The translations under genes and the position numbers were made by a program. This document shows positions 1 to 9,026 of a stretch of 64,000 bases of DNA, in pieces; the stretch's first letter is position 1, and each line of letters begins with the position of its first letter. Below the pieces are notes generated by a model. That model was not told the origin of the DNA. It did not search any database and saw only the letters and a list, made by a program, of their open reading frames with translations. Source of the DNA: an uncultured bacterium (GTDB lineage Bacteria; Armatimonadota; DTGP01; CAYSAW01); contig CAYSAW010000001.1 in the NCBI GenBank assembly GCA_964429225.1, forward strand, positions 10,091 through 74,090, read 5' to 3'.

Positions 1-393
1 CGTGCTGTTCAAAGTGGAATCCGTCGGATTCAAGCCTTAAGGCGAGATGAACTGATGGCCGAAGCTAAGCGTCTCGGCGCCCCCTATGAGCTGGTCCTGG
101 AAATCCATGAAACAGGAAAACTGCCGGTCCCTAACTTCAGCGCAGGAGGCATTGCTACTCCGGCGGATGCTGCCCTGATGATGCAGTTAGGAGCAGAGGC
201 GGTGTTTGTTGGCTCCGGGATCTTTAAATCGAGTAACCCCCGAGCCCGAGCAAAAGCCATTGTCGATGCGGTTACTTATTACGACCGCCCAGACATTTTA
301 GCGCAAATTTCCGAAGGGCTAGGCGAACCGATGCCCGGTATTGACCTCCGAACTCTTAAAGAAGAGGAGCTTTTAGCTCCTCGGGGATGGTAA
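1..393 (+). CDS. pdxS: Pyridoxal 5'-phosphate synthase lyase subunit, 5'-truncated by the window edge
   Basis: Frame is open from base 1. Motifs [37 protein letters not shown] and GEPMPG; directly upstream of pdxT. Confidence 0.97.
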   Translation, partial: RAVQSGIRRIQALRRDELMAEAKRLGAPYELVLEIHETGKLPVPNFSAGGIATPADAALMMQLGAEAVFVGSGIFKSSNPRARAKAIVDAVTYYDRPDILAQISEGLGEPMPGIDLRTLKEEELLAPRGW

Positions 394-400
394 ACGGGGT

Positions 401-997
401 ATGGTGGATACCCGGAAAAAGTTTGGAGTGCTGGCCCTTCAAGGAGATTTTCGGGAACACCTTCAAGCCCTGGAGGAATGCGGTGTCGAGGGCATCCCGG
501 TACGCCTGCCTGAAGACTTAAAAGGCTTGAGGGGGCTGATTATCCCTGGAGGGGAGAGCACAACTGTAGGAACTCTGCTTACCCGATGGGGCTTAGACGA
601 GGCGATTAAAGAGGCTTACTTCCAGGGGATGGCCCTTTACGGAACTTGTACAGGAATGATTCTCCTGGCCAAAGAGATTGAAGGGAGCTCTCAACCTCGC
701 CTGGGACTGATGAACATTACCGTTCGCCGAAACGCCTTTGGCCGCCAGGTCAACTCCTTTGAAACCGATCTGGTCATCCCTGCCCTAGGTGACCCTCCCC
801 TAAGAGCGGTTTTCATTCGGGCACCGGTCGTCACCCAAATAGCTCCTTCAGTAGAGGCAATGGCTTGGGTGGAGGAGGGCATCGTTCTCGTTCGAGAAGG
901 AAGGTGCCTGGCTAGCGCTTTTCATCCAGAGCTCACCCCTGACCGCCGGCTTCACCGGTTCTTTATCCGGCTAGCTGAGGAGAAAGGGGAAGAGTAG
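401..997 (+). CDS. pdxT: PLP synthase glutaminase subunit
   Basis: GVLALQGDF, IIPGGEST, GTCTG (catalytic Cys), RNAFGRQ and FHPE motifs. Confidence 0.97.
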   Translation: MVDTRKKFGVLALQGDFREHLQALEECGVEGIPVRLPEDLKGLRGLIIPGGESTTVGTLLTRWGLDEAIKEAYFQGMALYGTCTGMILLAKEIEGSSQPRLGLMNITVRRNAFGRQVNSFETDLVIPALGDPPLRAVFIRAPVVTQIAPSVEAMAWVEEGIVLVREGRCLASAFHPELTPDRRLHRFFIRLAEEKGEE

Positions 998-1009
998 CTT
1001 CCTAACCTT

Positions 1010-1402
1010 ATGCGCGAAGTAGGGGTTGACATCATCGAGATTGCTCGCATTGCTCAGGCTGCTCAGAACCAGCGTTTTCTCCAGCGCGTTTTCACCCCCG
1101 CCGAATTAGAACGATGCCTATCCCGGAAACAACCTTGGGAAGAACTAGCAGGACGCTGGGCGGCTAAGGAGGCGGTAGTCAAATGCCTTGGCCAGCGAGT
1201 GAGCTGGAAGGAAATCGAGATCCTTAATGAACCTTCGGGGAAACCTTACGTCCAGCTCTACGGCCGGGCCCAAGAATTAGCAAAGGGTCGCCGGGTTGTC
1301 ATCAGCATTTCTCATTGTAAAGAATACGCTGTTGCGACCGCCCTCCTGGAACCTCCTCTTGATCAGGAGAACTCTCGTTCTTGCAAAAGTGTAGGAAAGT
1401 GA
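1010..1402 (+). CDS. acpS: Holo-[acyl-carrier-protein] synthase
   Basis: VGVDIIE, AGRWAAKEA, GKP and ISISH motifs. Confidence 0.93.
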   Translation: MREVGVDIIEIARIAQAAQNQRFLQRVFTPAELERCLSRKQPWEELAGRWAAKEAVVKCLGQRVSWKEIEILNEPSGKPYVQLYGRAQELAKGRRVVISISHCKEYAVATALLEPPLDQENSRSCKSVGK

Positions 1403-1403
1403 G

Positions 1404-3137
1404 ATGGATCGTTCCGAACCCTACCCGCATTCCCTCCTCGAAGTAGCGGAAGAGCGCTGCAAAGAGCGCCTCCAACAGATTCTTGAAGAAGCTTTAACCA
1501 CCGTTCGGGGCACCCGCGGCTTTATCGCTTTGGTGGATTCCGACACCGGAGAATTGGTAGTCCAGTTTTGTGCTGGAGAAGGGTGGGATGAGGAGAAACG
1601 CCAACGTCGCCTCCGCATCGGACAGCAAGAAGGAAAAGGGATTACTGCCTATGTCGCCGCCAGCGGGCAACCCTATCTTACAGGAGACGTTACTCAAGAC
1701 CCTTATTATTTGAAATATTTTGATGATGTGCGCAGTGAGGTGGCTGTCCCTTTAAAGGACTCCTTCCGCCGAGTTATTGGCATTATGAATATTGAGAGTG
1801 ACCGTTATAATGCCTTTAACGGAAAGGATGTTACCTACCTGAATGCCCTCGCTGCTCAAGCGGCGATGACTCTCTCAATGGCCGATTATCAAACCCGGGA
1901 AAGAGCCCTTTTAGAAGTGGGCAATGAACTCGCCCTCTCCACTGACCCGGATGCCCTAATGAACAAAGTAGTGCAAACAGCAGCTCAGGTACTCCGAGCC
2001 GACGACTGTTCCCTGTTCCTCTTAGATGAAACTGGCTCTAAGATGGTGCTGAGAGCCTCAAAGGGTTCTCTTGCTCAGCAAATAGGCCAAGCTTCCTATC
2101 TACCCGGCCAGGGCCTAACCGGTTGGGTTCTGGAAAATGGGAAACCGGCCCGCACGGGAGATCCGAGGACAGATCCCCGGTGGAAGGGGATTTACTCTGA
2201 GTTTCCCACAGGGGAGCTAGGAGCCTACCTGGGGGTGCCGGTCTTCGGTATGTCCAAAGTGCTCGGGGTGTTGAGGGTCGTCCGGCGAAAACGGGCCTCT
2301 CTCTACTATCACCACGAATTCACCGATGAAGATGAAGGCCTTTTGATGACCCTGGCTAACCAAATTGGAGTCGCTATAGAAAGCGCCAAATTACTCCAGC
2401 GGTTAGTTCAAAGTGAGCGAATGGCCGCCTGGGGAGAGCTCTCCGCCCGTTCCGCCCATATGATCGGTAACCGAGTTTTCGCCCTTCGAGGGTATATCAA
2501 TGAGCTAGAATATCTCATAAACCATTCCAAGCTGGATCCCCTAGAGATCAGGGAGCTGATCAATGGTCTCAAACGAGGCATTGAACGTTTAGAACAAATT
2601 TTACAAGAATTCCGGGACTTTGTTCTGGCCACCCACCTATCTCGGGAACTCGTAGAGGTAAACGCTGTGGTCAAACAAGCTGTGGACGAGGGCATCCCGT
2701 GCGACTGCCACCTGGAGATCCACCTAGACCTTGCAGAGGGGCTTCCTCCTATCTATGCCGACCCCGGTAAGTTGTTACGGGCGTTAACGGAGTTGATTGA
2801 AAACTCAGTGACCCATCAAGAGGGAAGGGGGTATTTGCGCCTCCGAACGGGCCTCGCCGGGGAGAAAGAGCTGAGTTCTTTCCCCCTCTTGAGGAGAAAG
2901 GGTGGTTTTGTGAAGATCGAGCTGGAGGATCACGGGCCTGGGATTCCGAAGGAGAACAAGACCAAGATCTTTACGCCTTTCTTTACTACCCGGGCTAAGG
3001 GAATGGGCTTAGGACTTTCGATTGTTAAGGGAATTGTAGAAGCCCACGGAGGAGCTATTGCAGAGGTTGGTGAGGAGGGAAAAGGAGCTTGCTTCCTCAT
3101 CTTACTCCCTATTCCCTCAGAGGTTTCTAGTCCCTAA
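1404..3137 (+). CDS. Cytoplasmic sensor histidine kinase (2x GAF, HisKA, HATPase)
   Basis: Two GAF-like segments (SEVAVPL...IGIMNIES; YLGVPV...GVL); N box ELIENS; G boxes DHGPGI, FTPFFTT and GMGLGLSIV; no TM helices. Confidence 0.88.
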   Translation: MDRSEPYPHSLLEVAEERCKERLQQILEEALTTVRGTRGFIALVDSDTGELVVQFCAGEGWDEEKRQRRLRIGQQEGKGITAYVAASGQPYLTGDVTQDPYYLKYFDDVRSEVAVPLKDSFRRVIGIMNIESDRYNAFNGKDVTYLNALAAQAAMTLSMADYQTRERALLEVGNELALSTDPDALMNKVVQTAAQVLRADDCSLFLLDETGSKMVLRASKGSLAQQIGQASYLPGQGLTGWVLENGKPARTGDPRTDPRWKGIYSEFPTGELGAYLGVPVFGMSKVLGVLRVVRRKRASLYYHHEFTDEDEGLLMTLANQIGVAIESAKLLQRLVQSERMAAWGELSARSAHMIGNRVFALRGYINELEYLINHSKLDPLEIRELINGLKRGIERLEQILQEFRDFVLATHLSRELVEVNAVVKQAVDEGIPCDCHLEIHLDLAEGLPPIYADPGKLLRALTELIENSVTHQEGRGYLRLRTGLAGEKELSSFPLLRRKGGFVKIELEDHGPGIPKENKTKIFTPFFTTRAKGMGLGLSIVKGIVEAHGGAIAEVGEEGKGACFLILLPIPSEVSSP

Positions 3138-4264
3138 ACCTGAATGGGATATTTCCCCACTTTTCTCGCGTACCGATAGGCGTAAACGAGGTTCTCCGGA
3201 GGGATGTCAATCTGTACGTGATTGGCCGGAGCGAGGATGAAGCCTCCTCCGGGGGCTAGGTGACGGATCGGCTTTCGGACTGCCTCCTCCACTTCCTTGA
3301 ACCCCTTCCGCAAACCTCCCTTAATGTCTAACCCTCCCAGGATGGTCAGCCGATTCCCATACTCCCGCTTAACAAAATCCATATCTAGGTTCGGTACTTG
3401 CTCTAAGGGATGGTGAATATCACACCCAATCTCTATAAACTTAGGCAAAAAGGGAGTGACATCTCCATCACAATGGAAGACCACTTTCATCTCGGGGTTG
3501 TACTGCTTAATTAAATCTACAATTTTCTTCCAGCGGGGCTTGAAGTACCGATCAAAAAGGTCGGGGTTCATCATTGGTCCAGCGGTACCAGCATAATCAT
3601 CCCCGGGAAGCTCCATAATATGAACATATTTGCCTGCCAAATCCAAGTAGAGGGTAAAAAGGTCCAACAAAAACTGGGTCACCTTATCTAGGAGTATCTC
3701 CGTGACTTCCGGATTGGCGAGCAAATCCATAAAAAAGTCTTCAATCCCCCTTAAGTAAGAGGCCTGGTCAAAAAGACCGTAGGAATTAGGGGCTCGGGCA
3801 ATGACCGCATAATCGGTATGGTTATAGAGGTATTGAGCTCGGTTTACCAGCTCCTCGGCCCGGATGAGAGTTTCTGCAGGAGGGAAGGGATATTCCGCAA
3901 TCTCCTCGGCGGTTTTCCCCTGCAAGGGAAACCCTACGGGATAAATCTGGTAACCACTTTTATCCCAAACCACACCCAAAAGGTCCGGGCCTTTGCCCCT
4001 TAGAGGGGAGTTGATATCCGTGCTTCCCAGCCACACATAGCGAACATCTACATCCAAAGCCTCCAGAACTCGGTCATCCATATAGTTCACAGTGTGGCCT
4101 TTTCGCCGGCGGAAAGGGGGAACAGTGCGTTCAAAACCGAGGTATTTACGCAAGCGGTTATAAGGTCCATCTATGATTCCATAAGCAGAGCCCCACAAGG
4201 CTAAGGGTACATAGTCGGGTTCACAATGGTTTAAAGCGGTTAATACTCTCTCTCGATGGGTCAT
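3134..4264 (-). CDS. Uroporphyrinogen decarboxylase / MtaA-CmuA methyltransferase family protein
   Basis: MTHRERVLTALNH..PDYVP N-terminus; GDDYAG...MMNPDLF; FHCDG; ILGGLD; GGGFILAP. Confidence 0.82.
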   Translation of the reverse strand: MTHRERVLTALNHCEPDYVPLALWGSAYGIIDGPYNRLRKYLGFERTVPPFRRRKGHTVNYMDDRVLEALDVDVRYVWLGSTDINSPLRGKGPDLLGVVWDKSGYQIYPVGFPLQGKTAEEIAEYPFPPAETLIRAEELVNRAQYLYNHTDYAVIARAPNSYGLFDQASYLRGIEDFFMDLLANPEVTEILLDKVTQFLLDLFTLYLDLAGKYVHIMELPGDDYAGTAGPMMNPDLFDRYFKPRWKKIVDLIKQYNPEMKVVFHCDGDVTPFLPKFIEIGCDIHHPLEQVPNLDMDFVKREYGNRLTILGGLDIKGGLRKGFKEVEEAVRKPIRHLAPGGGFILAPANHVQIDIPPENLVYAYRYARKVGKYPIQV

Positions 4265-4341
4265 TGCCTCCTATTACCTTTCTTCGCTCTGAGTTCTCGC
4301 TTAAGCCAGCTTCAACCAGGAAAACCGGGGGAGGAGGGGGT

Positions 4342-5502
4342 CTAGTACATCCGCTGAAGGTACTCTTTCCATAAAGCGGTTTGTAGGTTCTTTTTAAACA
4401 GTTCTGCAGTGCCACCCAAACTTAAACCGTTGACCTTAGCATCCGATTCGAGAATCACCCATACAATCTCCTTTTTGACCATCACCGATTTCTGATCCGG
4501 CCCAAGACGCACATCTTGAAAAGTAACGTGGTCATCCAGAATAGTATTAAGGTGTTTAGCGATGACTTCGGCCCTGCTGACACCGGAGCGGTCGTTGTCA
4601 CCTGCTACCAAGATCAAACTCTGCCCTCCTAGGATGAGCTCTCCCACCACCTGATCTCCCACTTTCTTCTCTCGGACGAGAACCTGCATTGAGCGAACCA
4701 CTCGGCGGCGGTCAATAGGGATCCCCAACCGTTGGAGCTGTTGAGTCAATGCCTTCACGCGCTCGGCACTGGGAGGGTGGGTACGATAGATCCCCCAGTC
4801 AATATTAGCGGTTCCAGACCAAGCTTCCTCCCGGGCCAATCGTTCCATAAAAGTAAGCACCCCCACTGGGGAATAAGGGGTCTTCAGGAGGTATTGCACC
4901 GCAGAGCGATCTGCCTCCTTCTCCATATCCACGCTGTACTGCGACATCTTCGCCATAGAGATGAGCTGACTAGCCAAAGCGGGCTGGGTAATATCTATAC
5001 CCGTAGCAGCCCCTACTAAGATTAAACCTAAAGTGGTTAAGTCAAACTTTTTCTGTTTTCGGAGAAGCTTTAAAACATGGTGGTGAGCGGAGTGGGCCAT
5101 TTCGTGGGCAATAACCCCTGCCAGCTCATCATCCGACTCGACTCGATCCATTAGCCCTTTGTAGATGTAAATATATCCTGCTGGCAGAGAGAAAGCGTTC
5201 ACATCCGGGGAGTCAATGATGTTGAAGGTGTAGTCAATATCCGTCTCCTCAGAGGCCTTAGCCACGATTTTACCGATTTTTTCCACTCTCTCCACCAAGA
5301 GGGGGTCTTTAACAAACTTGAATTGTTTGGCGACCTCTTCGGCGACTTCTTTACCGATCCGCCGTTCTTCCTCTGTTGTTTTAGCCCAAGCGACGGAGGT
5401 GAGGAGGCAACAAAGGAGGCATAGAATCTGGGGAACCCTCCAAAGGGAGAGGAGAGAGTACAAGGCTAATCTCTGCTGGTTTTGGATTCCCCTTTTGTTC
5501 AT
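4342..5502 (-). CDS. Secreted M48-family zinc metalloprotease with extra C-terminal domain
   Basis: VNAFSLPAGYIYI, HEMAH (HExxH) and EKEAD motifs; signal-peptide-like N-terminus. Start is uncertain (5502, 5511 or 5517). Confidence 0.85.
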   Translation of the reverse strand: MNKRGIQNQQRLALYSLLSLWRVPQILCLLCCLLTSVAWAKTTEEERRIGKEVAEEVAKQFKFVKDPLLVERVEKIGKIVAKASEETDIDYTFNIIDSPDVNAFSLPAGYIYIYKGLMDRVESDDELAGVIAHEMAHSAHHHVLKLLRKQKKFDLTTLGLILVGAATGIDITQPALASQLISMAKMSQYSVDMEKEADRSAVQYLLKTPYSPVGVLTFMERLAREEAWSGTANIDWGIYRTHPPSAERVKALTQQLQRLGIPIDRRRVVRSMQVLVREKKVGDQVVGELILGGQSLILVAGDNDRSGVSRAEVIAKHLNTILDDHVTFQDVRLGPDQKSVMVKKEIVWVILESDAKVNGLSLGGTAELFKKNLQTALWKEYLQRMY

Positions 5503-5505
5503 TTT

Positions 5506-5686
5506 GCTCATCCCCACTATGAGACGACTCCACCCATTGCTTTGGGTTCCTTAACGTTTATCGTTTCTTATCCCGCGGTCATTCCCTCCCCTGTTAAGGA
5601 GGCAGGGAAACCGGTGATGTTACGCGGGCTAAAGCTGGCGACTACCCCATTCTAGAGAACAGTTCACCTCAACTCACACAGGGAGC
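5506..5686 (-). ncRNA. 6S RNA candidate
   Basis: About 181-nt rod. Ends pair (GCUC/GAGC, UGUGAG/CUCAUA); apical stem CCCGC/GCGGG and UUCCCU/AGGGAA; unpaired A-rich central region. The 3' segment GAACCC..GGGU..GUCGUCUC resembles 6S 3' ends. G-U pairs favour the minus strand; a TATAAC -10 lies just upstream (5697-5702). Confidence 0.5.
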
Positions 5687-5690
5687 AACC

Positions 5691-5720
5691 TGGCAGGTTA
5701 TACAAAGTTTATGCCATAAT
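5691..5720 (+). promoter_or_regulatory. Sigma70-type promoter candidate for the ogt operon
   Basis: TGGCAG-18bp-CATAAT with TGn extended -10. Confidence 0.4.
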
Positions 5721-5802
5721 TATAGTAGCCCCTACACCGTTTAAATTCCACTAGGGTTCAATTTTAACAATGATAATAGCCCCACACAAGGAGTTCGCAA
5801 AA

Positions 5803-6384
5803 ATGGGTAAAGAGGTCTATTCTCAAGGGCCACCCTCTCTCGAAAGAGCCTTTATCCCCTCTCCTTTAGGTTGGTGGTCAGCGACAGCCACCAGTGATGG
5901 GAAGCTATGGGAATTAGGCTTCCCTAAACCCCAAAGTCCCCTATCAGAACCCTCCTTTCTGCCTCCATGGGCGGAGCTCCTTTCTAAAGCGCTGAATCGC
6001 TACCTCCAGGGTCAGAGAGAGAGCTTCCGAGAGATTCCGGTGGATCTGAGCCGACTTTCCCCTTTCACCCAGGCGGTCTTAAATTACACCCAGCAGATCC
6101 CCTATGGAGAGGTAAGGAGTTACCGACAGGTAGCGGAGGCTTTGGGATACCCCCGGTCGGCCCGGGCTGTAGGTAGAGCCTTAGCGAGCAACCCGATTCC
6201 CCTTGTCATCCCCTGCCACCGGGTGATTGGGTCTCAAGGAGACTTAAGGGGATTTGGGCCGGGCATTGAATGGAAGGAAAGGCTCCTCCGTCTGGAGAGG
6301 CAGGTGTTGAACCCGTCTTCTCCTCTCCCCACCGATAGGCACCCTAAGGGCCACACTATTCTAGCCTCACCCGAGGAGGTGTAA
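5803..6384 (+). CDS. ogt: Methylated-DNA-protein-cysteine methyltransferase
   Basis: IPYGEVRSY, ARAVG..LASNP and PCHRV active site. ATG at 5803 follows an AAGGAG SD (ORF track starts at 5770). Confidence 0.92.
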   Translation: MGKEVYSQGPPSLERAFIPSPLGWWSATATSDGKLWELGFPKPQSPLSEPSFLPPWAELLSKALNRYLQGQRESFREIPVDLSRLSPFTQAVLNYTQQIPYGEVRSYRQVAEALGYPRSARAVGRALASNPIPLVIPCHRVIGSQGDLRGFGPGIEWKERLLRLERQVLNPSSPLPTDRHPKGHTILASPEEV

Positions 6385-6392
6385 ACAACACA

Positions 6393-6749
6393 GTGAAGGG
6401 GATTCTCATTCGCTGGTTGGTCAGTGTTGTAGCGCTTTATATTACTGCTTGGTTAGCAAAGTTAATCGGGCTAAAGATTGAGATCACGGGAATCCTTTCC
6501 AGCTTTGTTGCGGTTGTTGCTTTAGCGGTGGTCAATGCTGTGATTCGCCCCATTGTGTTATTCTTTGCAATGCCTTTGAACTGTCTGACCTTTGGTCTCT
6601 TCGGATTAGTGGTTAATGCCCTCCTTTTCTGGTTGGTTGGGAGCTTGAACTTTGGGTTTAAAGTAGGAGGGTTTTGGTCGGCCCTCTTCGGCTCCATCGT
6701 TATGGGGATTATAAGCGGGCTTCTCAGCCAATTCGTCGAAGATGATTAG
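6393..6749 (+). CDS. YvlD-like 4-TM membrane protein (phage holin family 4)
   Basis: VNAVIRPIV...PLNCLTFGLF.LVVNA and FWSALFGSI patterns; often found near rapZ. Confidence 0.82.
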   Translation: MKGILIRWLVSVVALYITAWLAKLIGLKIEITGILSSFVAVVALAVVNAVIRPIVLFFAMPLNCLTFGLFGLVVNALLFWLVGSLNFGFKVGGFWSALFGSIVMGIISGLLSQFVEDD

Positions 6750-6870
6750 GAAAAAGGGGTTACTCGGAAGTGGTAGTAGGGAATAATAAACTCTCAATCG
6801 AGAGGGGGGCCTGCTGCCAAGCAGGAAAGGGCAAAAAGTTGAGGAAGAAAGCTCTGGTGAGGGAGACCTT

Positions 6871-7740
6871 ATGGAGATTGTGATCATCACCGGAATGTCC
6901 GGGTCGGGCCGAACTACTGCCCTCCGCCGATTCGAGGATATGGGGTGGTTCTGTGTAGATAATATTCCTCCGCCCTTGCTCCTCTCCTTCGCTGAACTCT
7001 GCCAGCAACACAATCAGGTGAGGAAAGTGGCTTGTGTGATTGATCTCCGGGCAGGAGTCTTCTTTGACTCCCTTATCGGAGTACTCCAAGACATAAGAAA
7101 GGTTGGCGCCCGTACCTTCATTCTTTATCTCGACGCCAGTAACGAGGTGCTGATTCGGCGTTTCAAGGAGACTCGGCGCAAACATCCTTTGTTCCCCTCC
7201 CAACGCACGGTTCTGGAAAGCATCTCTAAAGAACGGCAGCTTCTAGAACCTGTGAGAGAGCGAGCGGACAAGATTATTGATACCACCAACCTCCGCCCGA
7301 TGGACCTTCGGGAAATCATCTCGCAGACCTTTGAAGCGGAGTGGGACCCAGGGCCGGCAATCGCCATCTACTCTTTCGGTTTCAAGTATGGATTGCCCCT
7401 CGATGCCGACTTGGTCTTTGATGTCCGCCATCTTCCCAATCCTCATTGGATCCCCGAGTTGAAAGCATTAGATGGCACTCACCCTGAGGTTGACCGCTGG
7501 TTGAGGGCGGACCCTGCTTGTGAGGAGTACCTCCAGCTCCTTTTTCACCTTATCAGTTTCAGCTTGCCCCGGTATGTTGAAGAAGGAAAGGCTTATCTCA
7601 CGATCGCCATCGGCTGTACAGGAGGTCGGCATCGCTCGGTGTGGGTGGCCGAGGCTCTCAGGCATTTCCTTCGGGAACAAGGATACCAGGTCCTTATTAT
7701 TCACCGAGATCTCCACCGTGGAACAGAATGCGACGCTTAG
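6871..7740 (+). CDS. rapZ: RNase adapter RapZ/YvcJ family P-loop protein
   Basis: ITGMSGSG, WFCVDNIPP, RRFKETRRKHP, SFGFKYG, DVRHLPNP and GCTGGRHRSV motifs. Confidence 0.95.
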   Translation: MEIVIITGMSGSGRTTALRRFEDMGWFCVDNIPPPLLLSFAELCQQHNQVRKVACVIDLRAGVFFDSLIGVLQDIRKVGARTFILYLDASNEVLIRRFKETRRKHPLFPSQRTVLESISKERQLLEPVRERADKIIDTTNLRPMDLREIISQTFEAEWDPGPAIAIYSFGFKYGLPLDADLVFDVRHLPNPHWIPELKALDGTHPEVDRWLRADPACEEYLQLLFHLISFSLPRYVEEGKAYLTIAIGCTGGRHRSVWVAEALRHFLREQGYQVLIIHRDLHRGTECDA

Positions 7741-9026
7741 CCAGCTTTCTTAAATGGTTCTATCCAGGGATGAGGGTCAAACGATGGCTTCTCCTCGTCC
7801 TAGCGGGCGTTTTATTCAATGCTTTTGGCATTGTTCTCTTTCTGGGTCGGGACGTTCTCTTCATCCTTGATCGTTTTGGAGATTTGGTTTACTCTGCAAC
7901 AGGACAATTCCTACCTGGTTTCCCTCGTGCTGCGGGGCTGTGTTTGATTAGCGGAGGGGTAACTGCCATCTTTGTCGGTATTCGGCAAATTGTTCACTCC
8001 ATTACCAGTGCTATTAACCCCCATAGCCAAACTCCTATCGCCGACCTTCTCTACCAGCGGCGTTGTCTTGCTCAAGGGGAGCGCATCACCGCCTTAGGAG
8101 GAGGAACGGGCTTGTCTACTATCCTCCGAGGCCTAAAGGAAGTAACAAGTAACATCACTGCCATCGTCACTGTTACTGACGATGGTGGAAGCTCCGGTCG
8201 TTTAATGAGGGAGTACAACATTCTTCCCCCTGGGGACATCCGCAACTGCCTTACTGCTTTAGCGGATGCGGAACCGCTAATGACCCAACTCCTCCAATAT
8301 CGCTTTAGGGGTGACCGAGAAGGGGGATTAAACGGGCATAGCTTTGGGAACCTTTTTCTCACCGCTTTGTCCCAAATTATGGGAGACTTTGAGCTCGCTA
8401 TCCGGGAGACCAGCCGGGTTCTGGCCATTCGGGGGCGTGTTCTGCCCTCCACCCTTGATCGCGTCTGGCTACTGGCCGAGCTTCAGGACGGTCGCAAGGT
8501 TTGTGGAGAAACCGCCATTGTAGAATCCGCTAAGCGGTCTCCTATTCAGCGTCTCTACTTAGAACCGGAGGAGGCTCGCGCTCTCCCCGAAGCAGTAGAA
8601 GCGATCTACCGGGCTGCTGTTGTTGTTGTGGGGCCAGGAAGCTTGTACACCAGTGTTCTGCCCAACCTGCTCCTTCCCGAAATCGCCGAAGCCCTGGAGG
8701 AGACCGAGGCGATCCGGGTCTACATATGTAATGTGATGACCCAGCCGGGGGAAACGGATCACTTTACTGCCAGTGACCATCTTAAAGTGCTGATTGAGCA
8801 TACAGGGAAGAAACTCTTTGATTACGTCTTGGTTAACACCCAAAAGCCAAGTGAGGAAGTTCTCAATCGCTATGCTCAAGAGGGAGCCTGCTGGGTTCAA
8901 CCGGATATAGACAAAATTCGACAAATGGGTTATCGTGTAATAACGGGCAACTTTATGAGTGAAACCAATGTGGTTCGCCATAACCCCCAAGCAGTGACAC
9001 AAGCCATCCTCCGAATTATCCGGTGA
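7728..9026 (+). CDS. yvcK: YvcK/UPF0052 gluconeogenesis factor with N-terminal TM extension
   Basis: GGGTGLS, VTDDGGSSG, PPGDIRNC, GHSFGN and GPGSLYTS motifs. Likely ATG at 7728 overlaps the rapZ end. Confidence 0.92.
   Translation: MRRLASFLKWFYPGMRVKRWLLLVLAGVLFNAFGIVLFLGRDVLFILDRFGDLVYSATGQFLPGFPRAAGLCLISGGVTAIFVGIRQIVHSITSAINPHSQTPIADLLYQRRCLAQGERITALGGGTGLSTILRGLKEVTSNITAIVTVTDDGGSSGRLMREYNILPPGDIRNCLTALADAEPLMTQLLQYRFRGDREGGLNGHSFGNLFLTALSQIMGDFELAIRETSRVLAIRGRVLPSTLDRVWLLAELQDGRKVCGETAIVESAKRSPIQRLYLEPEEARALPEAVEAIYRAAVVVVGPGSLYTSVLPNLLLPEIAEALEETEAIRVYICNVMTQPGETDHFTASDHLKVLIEHTGKKLFDYVLVNTQKPSEEVLNRYAQEGACWVQPDIDKIRQMGYRVITGNFMSETNVVRHNPQAVTQAILRIIR

Noticed and set aside
6393-6749. 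Holin-family gene as a prophage marker
   Set aside because: No other phage genes; this family is a normal neighbour of rapZ-yvcK.
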